Assembly: GCA_964016885.1 (NCBI GenBank)
Contig: OZ024745.1
Span: 79,174,001 to 79,238,000 of the forward strand
Direction: 5' to 3'
DNA length: 64,000 nt
Source: Eledone cirrhosa
Lineage: Eukaryota
In this document: piece by piece, positions 13,601 to 25,600 of the stretch
Position numbering within the stretch: position 1 is the stretch's first letter
Layout of the letters: each line of letters begins with the position of its first letter
Position numbers and translations under genes: made by a program
Notes under the pieces: generated by a model
What the model saw: the letters and a program-made list of their open reading frames with translations, nothing else
Databases searched by the model: none
What the model was told of the DNA's origin: nothing

Positions 13601-16600
13601 GTTTAAATTGTAGTTCAGTTCTAATAATTTCATTGACTCTTTCTATATCATATGGTCTGTTAAAGTGGAGCTTATTTGACCTGATCAACATTATAACAGA
13701 ACACTGGGTTGTATGAATATAACAAGACACTCGGTTGTATGTACAATGTTTATTTAACAAGGTTGAGTTATGTAGAGCAGAATAGTTGACATGACAAGAG
13801 AGATGAAAGGATGAATTAAAGTTAGTTGTTTACCGTTTTGACTGGTCAGGAAGCGAGAGAGTTTACCCTTGGCGGAACTCGCCTGGCCGAAGGGCCAGGC
13901 AAGTTAAAAGAGAGGGAGTTAGCTTTCGGCTCTCTCCTTTATACTTCCCTCGGGCGGAAGTCCCTAAGAAGGTTCTGCCACCTCAACAGGAAGTAACTTC
14001 AGCTACTTCCTGTCTAGAGAGCGCCACTGGCGATGTGATCGCCACAACAAGGGAGGCAACTCTTGCTACATTATCTCCCACCAGATTTTTAAAACATAAA
14101 AATCAAATGAACCATGTATGAAGTAAGATGGCTAACATGTAACACCAAAGTCCAGGCATGAAAATTACAAAAAAATAATGTTTGCAATAAAAGGAAAACA
14201 GCAAAATATAAGCATGCAAAAATTAATGATAGATATCAAGGTAGCCAACCGCTCTTGGCCAGAGAACGACTGGACATCTATCTATCCATCACACAAAGAT
14301 ACAATGTAATCAATCTAAAAGAAGAGGTCAAAGGAGCAAAGAAACGTGCTCGAACATAGTTATTAAAAAAAAGGTTCAAATGTTCAAAATACAGTTCACA
14401 GGTGACAGCAGGAAAGAAAGTGTGTCCTCAAGAGAATATATGCAGGTGGTTTCTAGACTGTGGTACAACGTAAAATTGGGATTTTCTCACAGGAAGAGTG
14501 CTGCAAAAATAAATTCTGTTTTGTTCTGCTGGTTTTGGTTGTTGATAAAGCAAAGATGAAGCTGTGTTGTTGTTGTTGATGTTGTCTCGCAGAGTGAGCC
14601 TATTTGATGTTGTTTCCATTCACAGTAAAAAGTTTCCCAGAAAAAATGAGTTGCGCAAAGTGCTAGAAATAACAGCCAAAGTTGATGGTCGATGTTGAGA
14701 ACGCGTTGACCTGGTAGGGTAAAGAGGCCAGCGACCAAAGAAATAAGCATTCTGAATAAATGCGCAGTTTTCAACGGCAAATTTACATGGTAAATTTTTA
14801 AACTGGCAAATAGGAGAATATAGCTTAAGGCTGGAGAATCCTTGGCAAGAAACATTATCTATGGTGTGTGTTATCTCAGTGAGTCGAGATGTGTGCTCCC
14901 ACACGTGCCGAAACAAGGTTAAAGTCAAGTTGAATAAAAAATATTTCTATTGCGCGAGAAAATGGCGCAAAAATGAAAGGGCAACAGGTTGTTGGCAGCC
15001 ATTTTGAAAAATTTGTGTGTGAACGTGATAATATGATGAAAAAGAAGGAAAGGCTTTGTATATGGCGAGAGTTCAATTTTTTTTGGAAAGTGATGGGATA
15101 TATCGAGTGAGTGAAACACATTTAAACGATGTAAACACGTTAGGTGAAGAACAACATTTTTTCTTGTTTGTTTGCTGCTGAGAAAACGATTACTTCTATT
15201 TTTCGTTGTAGAAAAAATCCATGTGGAATGTTGTTAGAGGAATTTTTTCTTTTGAAGTACTGCTAATTAATTTTCTTTTTTTTTTTATATTCACACAACA
15301 CCAGCTCCTATTATTTTTTTTTTTCGGGGTCACCAATTATAATAGGGTTGTATGAATATAACAAGACACTCGGTTGTATGTACAATGTTTATTTAACAAG
15401 GTTGAGTTATGTAGAGCAGAATAGTTGACATGCCAAGAGAGATGAAAGGATGGATTAAAGTTAGTTGTTTACCGTTTTGACTGGTCAGGAAGCGAGAGAG
15501 TTTACTCTCGGCAGAACTCGCCTGGCCGAAGGGCCAGGCAGGTTAAAAGTGAGGGAGTTAGCTTTCGGCTCTCTCCTTTATAGTTCCCTCGGGCGGAAGT
15601 CCCTAAGAAGGTTCTGCCACCTCAACAGGAAGTAACTCCAGCTACTTCCTGTCTAGAAAGCGCCACCGTTGATGTGATCGCCACAACAAGGGAGGCAACT
15701 CTTGCTACATTAACAGGAATAGCTAACTCAGACGGAGAAAAATATAGAACTGAACTAGGCTTGAAAGCATTGTCTGAGCAACTAATCTGGAAGAATAAAT
15801 AGAATGTGAAAGAGTAGTCACTCATTGTGTAAGGTTTATGTTAACATATTAATGGTGGAGAGCATTAAAAATCTAAAAGAAATATATATATGTGGTGAAA
15901 TAAATAAAACGATATTTGTCCACACTCTCGTTACACCCTGTTCACATGGGAGGTTGGTTTTCTCTGGCATCACATTTTCCAATCATCTCATAATGGGGAT
16001 GGTAGTGTAGAGACTGAGAAATATATCCACATGTAGCCCACTTGCTCATTATCTTCCTCCTTCCCTTCCTTTTGAGTCTCCTGTCCCCCTTTACCTCTCT
16101 CCTTTTTTATCTGAATTACTCTCATTCACTATACTTCACTGCCCACATAACTGGGGTGAGCTTAGGATCTGTCAGATCCCATTTACTCTCATATTCACTA
16201 CAAGATGTTGCTCACATAAAGAGAGGTGCTCATACACTCACTCCCATACCCACTGCATTGTTGCCCATATTGCTGGTTCAGTGGTAGAATGCATTAGTCC
16301 TGTATATATATACCCAACCATCACTCCTCCTTAACACCACTTTCAGCAATTTCCCTACCCAACACTTGCTCTTGCTCTTTTTCTCCCCCCCCCTTCTTTC
16401 AGTTGTTTCCTCACAGTACTGCATTCATCATATTTCCTTACCCCCTCTCTCTCTATCTACCTCCCTCCCTACATCCTAAGCGGAGGACACAAAGATTGAA
16501 AAGATTCAGTATAATAATAACTATTGTTACATCTTTTGAATGATCAAATTTGATTGTTCAAAAAATGGAACTATAGCTATTACAATCACAAATGTTGTTT

Positions 16601-19600
16601 TTTCTTTTTCACATTTTGTAGCTTCAAGTCGATGTACATTCTCAAAAAAAATATAATCCTGTTGCTAACAGTGCTTTGTGTATAGAAATTATCCGAAATA
16701 TACGGCGATCCCTGAGCCAACAGGCTGATGTGCGATTCTTGATATATTCAGTAAGTTAAAATGTATTTCTTCTAAATAAATATGGATTGTAAGTTTACAA
16801 TAAACCAGCTCTACAGCTTAACATCTAGGTTTGGTTCCTCTATCATAGTTATTTCCTTTATTCCATAAAATTTCATGGAAAATGTATGATTATAACAAAG
16901 TCAGAAAACAGCACAGTTCCCATGACTTTTGGAAACATTTTTTCACGCTCAGAGTTGCTGAAGCATGGAACAAACTACCTGCATCAGTTGTTAGCTGTCG
17001 AGACTCTGCATCCTTTAAAATCTCCATGCGTCCCGAGATTCGCCAACACTACACCTAATGTTCCCCCTCCACACATACACACATGTATATCATGACTGAT
17101 ACACTATTCACTTCCCTGACATTTGTATATTATTCTATGTACTATACATGCACCTTTGACGAGTTGTAGTGCACCTGAGCACTTTACACAATAATTTCAT
17201 TATTATTATTATTTTATAACTTCCATTCTTCCAAACTCCTAAACTCAACAGAATCAGTCACTTCTTGATGGATACAATTTGGTTACAAATTGTTAAGGAA
17301 TTAACTTTATATAAAAGGTGTAGTGAATTTGTGGAAGCTCGAAGCGGCTAGGTTTGATAAAATAGTCATCAGTAATGTACTGGTATCAGTTTAGTTGACA
17401 CAACTGTTTGCATATTTGTGACTTTATGCTAACATAAGAAACCATATTAAATACAATATCTTGCTGTATCTTTTAAATTCAACTTCTGCCAAAGCTGTCA
17501 TTGCCTTTCATCGTTCTAGAGTTGAAAAAGCAAGTACCAGTCAAATACTAGGGGTCAGTTCGATTGACTATACCTCGTTTTTGTGAACTTTGCATTTGAA
17601 ATTCAAATTTCATGAAAGTCAACTTTGGTTTTTCTCCTTTTTGGCTTGATAAAATAAGTACCAGTTAAATACTTGAATCAATAAAATCAATATTCGACCA
17701 ATTCTTTACCATATTTTTAATGAAATGATTTTCAAATAATTTTGTAAATAATCAACAATTTGAAGGGATTTAGTAAAATAGGATGTTTAGCTTAATAATA
17801 TGATTCTGTGCTAAGAGAGGGGCTGAGCTGTCAACTGATCACCATTTAGTTATCTGCAACTTGAGACTACCTAAAGCCAAAGAAGCCCACAAAACTGGCA
17901 GGTACAGGATAAAGTAGGAAGCATTGGTGTATAAGAAAGTCAGGACCAAGTATGCAGATATTATTACATCCAAATTCAGAGAACTCCCTGAGCAAACTGA
18001 GGACTTTGAGACAGAGTGGAGATTGTTCAGTTCAGCAATTTCTACTTCAGTTGTTATGCTACATTTTTCATCTTTAACCCTTTATCATTTAAACCAGCAG
18101 TATCTGGCCAGAATTCTCTCACCTCTTTCTTTTCAAACCAGCTGTAACCGCCCGTTCATACTTATGTTAAGGTATTATTCTCAACATGAATAATATCAAA
18201 ATCTCATTGACTCAATATTATGTGAGGTAATGGCTTTACCATGAAAATATAATAGTAGATATAATATAAATACTAAAGGGTTAAATCGGCTGTATCAGCC
18301 GGAATTCTCTCACCTCTTTCTGTTCAAACTGGCTGTAACTGGCCACTCATACTGATGTTAAGGTATTGTTCTCAAAATAAATAATATCAAAATCTCATAG
18401 ATTCGATATTAAGTGGGGTAAAGCGTTTACCATGAAAATATAATAGTTAATATAGAGTAATGTAAATGCTAAAGAGTTAATATTTGTTAGATCCTTGTGT
18501 GCTTTTCTTTAACTGCTGTTTGACATTGAAAGTGAAAGGTGTAAACTAATTTCAAGTAGCCTATGTGTTCATATGATTTTCAAAAATCATTCCCATTTAT
18601 TATATTAAAAAAAATTTTTCTTTCTTTTTTTCTTTTAGGGGTTATGCAGCACCCTTTCCTACAATTCCAAACTGCAGAAACCCATTTTGAATCTTTTACA
18701 TTACCAAGTACTTTCATTTCTATTTTTCTCTGTCTGTGTGTGTGCATGTGTGTGCATGTATGTATATATATATATATATATATATACCTGGCATTCATTG
18801 ACTTGGAGAAAGTCTTTGACAGAGTACCTTCCTCCATAATCTGGTGGTCTCTTATAAAACTAGGAATAGATGAGTGGCTTGTGAGGGTTGTACAAACCAT
18901 GTACAAAGGTGCATGGGGAATAGCGATGCTCAGTATGCAAAAAAGTATCTGGTGAAAATTCTAACTAGTGTAAAAATATAAACTACGGGTACTAAATGGA
19001 TGTAATGAGATCTTAGTGGTTGCCAACTTCTGCTACCTAAGAGACTTAATTAGCAGTAAGGCTGGATGTTCTGAAAGTATAAAAGTAAGAATTGTTTGGA
19101 AAATTTTCAGGGAATTACTACTTCTGCTGATTACACAAGATTTTCCCTTTATGGGGAAAGGCAGATTGCATGATTCTTGTGTAAGAATTGTGGTACTGCA
19201 TGAAAGTGAGACTTGGGCCTTGAATAGAAGTGATCTGTGATGATTGGAGAGAAATAAGATGAGCTTGCTCTAATGGATGTGTAATAGCAGCGAGCATGAA
19301 CAATGAAGCATTAACAAACTAAGAGAAAAGCTTAGCATAAGAGGGATTAAATTCTGTGTTCAAGAAAGATGGTGCTGGTGTGAACATATGATGTGTATGG
19401 AGGGTGACAACTGCATAAAGAAGTGCAGAAAACTCAAAGTTAATTGAAATTGTGGAAGAGGCAGACCAAGAAAAACCTAGTATGATGTGATAAAGCCTGA
19501 CCTCACAAAGCTGATCCTTATATAGGAAATGACACAGAATCAAGTTGACTAGTGATATGTCATACTATAATATATAATATACTCACTTTCTCACACAAGC

Positions 19601-22600
19601 AGGATGCAACGAGGAGAGAGAGGATGACAGTAAAAAAGTAGAGAGATATAATGACATTTAGATCTCCCTTCCCCTGCCAATATGGTTCTTCCATTTCCTC
19701 TGTCCTCACTATCTAACCTCCCTCTCCCATCTTAGGCTTTCTCCCACTCACATCCCTGAATTGCCATTCCCCTGTCCAACCATGCCAGCATGGAAACACA
19801 GACACCCACCCACAGTATACTGCCAGATGTATAGAAAAAAACAAAATGTAGTGAGTTTGTCACTTGTGAAATCGTACATTTAGAATGTTACAACAATCTT
19901 CATTCTTGGTGGATGAATGAGCTTAGCAACAACTTTTGAGACTGCAATCCTGAAATTGTTTGTGGTAGCATGTATAAAAAGTGTGACAAGTTCGGCTGCA
20001 TGTCGTTCATACAAAAGGACAGGAGCAATTAAGTGGATTCCCATGTGTATCCTGGTTTTTAGAATAGGTGCACAATATCTCCATGTGTTGTATGAGTTGA
20101 CTAAAAGGAATTGTATCAGGAAAGGCATATGGTTGACAAACAGTGTCTCAAAACATCCCATCCAACCCTTGCCAGCATGGAAAATGGGACATAAAAATGA
20201 TGATGACAATGACATCACTGACAATTGGGTTGCAGACAACTACATAGCTAAGAATTTGGTAGGTTGTATTATATCAATGGCACTACGATGATCTCTACGT
20301 CCAACAAATAACTCAGTCCACTTAGCTGTAAATTGATGCTTAATGAATATAAGCAACATGCTGCTGTAAGTAGTAGATTCTATGTAAAACCAATGAATAC
20401 TTTATCACAGCCTGTAGTACTGAGTTTAACTTCTCATGTAAGCCTGGCGACAGTAATGAGAAAGAGAAATAGTGTTAGTATTTATCTTCAAAGCAGTTTT
20501 CCAATAGTCTTGAGTCATGTTGCCATTGCCTCTTTGCCATATTTCTGATTACAAGCTATGTATCATGTGGCTGTTGTTCTCTCATCATATATATTAAACA
20601 ATGGTTAGTGTCTGGCAATCAAATGGAAACAATGTAATGTTTGAAAGGACTTTTCAGTATGGCCTAATATGTAGCAACCTCTCTAGTGCTAGTGCCACGA
20701 CATGATGCTCCCAGTACACACTGCAATGTGTTAGTGTTGGTATCATGATAAAATGCACCCAGTCCACTCTGTAAAATGGTAGTACTGTGTCACAAAAGAC
20801 ACACCTAGTGCACCCTGTAAGGATGTTGGCATTAGGAAGGGCATCCCTCCATGGAAACCATACCAAATATAGAATGTAATGAGCAAGATTGGTCACACCA
20901 ACCCATATGGTCTCAAGCTGTGACAACCCATCCAACCCATGCCAGAGTAGAATGTGGATGTAAAAATGATGATTATGATGATGACATCAACCACCAGGTG
21001 TGTGTTTATGTGTGTTATTACTATATAACTGTTTTTTGTTAAATCTCCAGATTAAGAAATACTTTGAACCAGTTGAAGATGTTAATCCACCCCTTCGTTT
21101 AGAGACTTGCCTGCTCACCCTTGGATCACAAATCTGCCTTGGGGAACCACTGGTAAGTTCATTCTATACTGAAATTAGGTTTCTTTTTCTTTTACTCATT
21201 TTTTTCAAAATTTCTAGAACATTCCTTCTCTTGTATTTTGTTCAATGAAGATTATTTTCTTCAGTGACAACTGGCAAAATCTTATCATACTCTCAGCAGT
21301 CAACTATTTCATTATTGCCTTTGTTTCTGAAAAACAAATCATTATTAACTCTTAATAAAACACCAGTAATGCACTGGGGTCGATTTAATCAACTTTCCCC
21401 TCCCCTTCAAATTGCTGGCTTTGTGCCTGAAGTAGAAACAATTATTAACTCTTAACATCTTTTATTGCTTCAAACTGCATTAGCAAGACATTCTTAAAAA
21501 CTATAAAACAGCACAATAAGCATGCATGGGAATTGAATAAGAGGTGTGGGTTAGAATCCAATTTTTTTCTATTATGGGGGTTCATATGCCCTAATATTAG
21601 ACTATTTTCTATAGTCAATTTACAGTGAAAGCTTCTAATTCTATTTACTATATATATATATATATATATTTATTAAAATAACAGATTAAAGTTTAAGCAA
21701 AGAATGGCTGCTTTCACCCTTAACGGGATCTTCTGAAACTAACAAAGTCAATCTGTGAACGCAGAAGTGAATATTTCAAAAAACGTTGCAACCGGAGGAA
21801 GACAGGAAGACGATACTTTGGTTCGTGGAAACGTTCCCTGGCAAAGAACGGGAAAAAACGAATATAAACGTCATTATTTAGAGCGGTGAAAAACAATTAC
21901 ACGCAAAGACAAAACCACATTTATGGTATAAAAGAAGTCGTAGACTAATATTCTATTAGGTGGTTCATAGAGACGTTCTCTGGCAATGAACAGAAAAAAT
22001 GAAGATAATACGTCATATATGGAGCGTGGAGAACAATTGCACACAAAGACAAAACCAAGTAAATGGTATAGCAGAAGTCATAGACTAAAATTCTAACTAG
22101 GAAACCGAATGATTCTCGGCTTCAGAGTTAAGAATAAAGTAAATAAAATACAGAGGTAATTGAAATTAAATAAATACATACACGCATCCATATACGTACA
22201 TACACAAGCATACGCGAAAAACTCGCCATAGGTATACAAGTACACGCACATATAAATAGGTGTGTGTGTGCGCGCGTGTATACAAATAATTAAATAAATG
22301 TATATAAATAAATAAATACGTATGTAACAAGCGCACACACATACCTACATGTAAATACACATATGTTCAGAGACGTACGTCAACCAAAACACGAAGTACA
22401 CATATACACACCCTACATACGTACGAACCCGCATACTCACACAGACGCAAAACTCACGTATACACATAACCAAAAGCATATGTACCAGAATATATAATAT
22501 ATACGCCATAACATATACAATCAAATATACGTATGAGAAAGTATACATACCTTCACAAAACATACAGGTAATATATACTTACCTATACAATAAGTAATGG

Positions 22601-25600
22601 TATAAACATAACATATACTTAGCTACCACATCAAGACGTAAAATATCCGCGTATAGATCGTACTATCCGTTAGGGTACAACGTGGGCTGTAATACAGGAA
22701 AGTTTTGTGCAATTTATGTTTACAAGCCGAAATTGCCTCAGATTTTTTGTTTAAGATGTGGTCTGTGGCGTAGAGTATTTCCAGGGCCTCAGCGGCGCAG
22801 AGGGCACATGGTTTTTTATTTCCGTTATACGATCTAGCCCTAGGATCTCCCAGTGTAACTTATATTGGGTGTGGTTGTATTTTAGACTCCAGATATAAGC
22901 TGAAAGTGACGTCATATTCCTTCTTAGAGAGTAACGAAAAGAATGGGTATGCATGTAAAGACGCTGCTTGAATCTATTGGCGGTTAACCCTACGTAGGCC
23001 TTACGGGACGTGGGTGTTTCAACCTTACATTTGTAGACAATGTTACTAGAGAGGCATTTCCCGGATTCCTACAATTACAGTTAGTACTAACTACAGGGTT
23101 GCACGTGTTCCTACGGCTAGGTAGTTTAGCTAAATTTGAAGCTGTGATGTTATGTGCAAGGTTAGGAGTCGTAGAGTAAGAAATTTTAATAGTATTTCTA
23201 TTAAAAATTTTACTATATTTATGTGTATGGGAAAATGCTTCGTAATAAGGGATAGAAAGATCTTAGCTAATGGTGTGGCCACTTCCATATTATATGGTGG
23301 GTTATACCATATAATGCGACGGGATCTATTTCTTCTAGGTCTATTCTCGTACTCTGTATATGCTACCTTATCGACAAATCCACTCCGAGCAAGAGCTTCA
23401 TTGTAATATGTGGAATGGTCGTTGAAAATATGCTCGTTAGTAGATAGACGGAAAAGCCTCAAAGAAACGTTTCTTACCAGGTTCTTGGTTATGCTGGCTG
23501 GATGGTTAGAATGCTTTAATATTTGCTCTACGGTTCTTATATATTTGATATATATTTATATATATTTGATATATATTTATCCTTATCGAGCCCTCTTTGA
23601 ATTTTAGTCTTCAAATTTATTATTATTACTATATATATATATATATACATACACACACACATATTATCAGCAGCATCACCATTTAACGTCCATTTTTCCA
23701 CACTAGCATGAGTTATTTATATATATATATACACTTTAACCACTCATATTGCAAACCAAGTACCGTATATACTCGCCTATATGTCGCACTTTTTTAACGA
23801 TAAATAAGTATAAATTTTTGGGGTGCGACCAACTTCGTAGCGTTTACATTTATTTCTATCTGACTGAACCATCCGTCATTAAAATCCATAGAAATGCATA
23901 CCCGGTATTTAAAATGTGATTTCATTGTCTTAGCGTTGCTATAAACATGTATTGTGACGTATTTACTTTAACAGGAAACAGATTATTACATGTGGCATTT
24001 CTTTTTAAAATTAGCAAGTGAGAAAAGTTGATAGTTGAAATTTTTTTTAGAATTCTCTGAGAAATATGAATTCCGGTAAGAGAAAAAGTTATCAAACAGT
24101 TTTCAAGTTAAAGGTGGTTGGTTATGCAGAAGAATTTGGAGTATCAGAAAAGGTGGTGAGAGGTTGGAGGAAACAAAAAGAGAAGCTGGGAGAAATGCCT
24201 AAATCAAAGAGAGCAGCAAGGTTTGGAAGATCTTGAAAAAGAGCTAAATGATTGGGTTTTAGATATCAGGGAAAATGGACACATTGTTACAAGACTTTCT
24301 ATAAGAACGAAAGCCCATCAACTTGCACCAAAGTACCACTTATCCCAATTTAAATCGTCAGCAGGGTGGTGCACCAGGTTTATGAATAGGTTTGGACTGA
24401 CTCTTCGTCAAAAGACACATATTGCACAAAAGCTGCCAAAAGATATTGATGAGAAAGTACACAATTTTGTAAAATTTGTGTTAAAGGAAAGAAAAATATT
24501 TGATTTTGCCATGGAGAATATAGCCGACATGGAGGAACACCCATGTACTTTGACATGCCAGGCAACACAACTGTGGATAGTGTAGGTAACAAAGCTGTTA
24601 CAGTCAAAACCACAGGTCATGAAAAACAACATTTTACTGTTGTTCTAGCATGCCAGGCTGATGGAAAAAAACTTTGTCCTATGGTTAGTTTCAAAAGGAA
24701 AATTATGCCGAAAGACAATTTTCCAAGCGATGTGATTGTGAAGGTACATCTGAAGGGCTGGATAGACGAGAACTTAACAAAGTTATGGCTTGATGAAGTG
24801 TGAATGAAAAGGCCAGGGGCATTACTGAAGCCACAAAGTTTGCTAGTTTGGGATATGTTTCGATCTCACTGCTGTGAGTCTGTAAAGGCTAAGCTGAAGG
24901 ATTGTAAAACAAGTCAAGCAGTGATTCCTGGTGGTTGCACCTCAGTCTTACAACCCCTTGATGTGGCAGTAAATAAGCCCTTCAAGACTTATATCCATAA
25001 ACTCTGGACTTATTGGATGATATCAGGTGAAAAAGAAATTACCAAAGGTGGATCATTGAAAAGACCTGGCTTGAGATTAGTGGTGGAGTGGGTGAAGGAG
25101 GCTTGGGAAAGTATTCCTGCAGAGCTAATAATGAAGGCTTTCAAAAAATGTGGCATATCAAATGCGATGGACAGGACTGAAGATGATGTGTTATATGAGG
25201 ATTTAGTTGGTGAAAAGACATAAAATGCAGAGAGTGATGAGGGAGATGATATTGAAGAATGTGAAGATGAATTGAATGACTATTATAACAAATGCACAGT
25301 TACAGATGAAGAAATGAAAAAACTATTAATTAACAGGTGTAAAAGTAATAACTTTATGGATAAACACAAAAATTTAAACTTTATCTGCCTTACCTGTTAG
25401 ATTTGTTGCAAAAAAAATCAATAATGACCTAGATGTTGACTTCCATCAATTCTAGCAGTTTTCCAAACAGGTGAATTAATTAAAAATGCAGATATAATCA
25501 GTACAAGGTTTTAGTCTTTCTCTACATTCCAGGCAAATATTTTCATTGAAAAAAATGTATAAAACCTTTTCACCAGTCAAAATAATATTTGCAATGTACT

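Noticed and set aside
14487-14855. Hydrophobic ORF in the LTR internals as a possible env or accessory gene
   Set aside because: The reading frame is not preserved among the three copies (indels, different stops); better explained as a non-coding relic.
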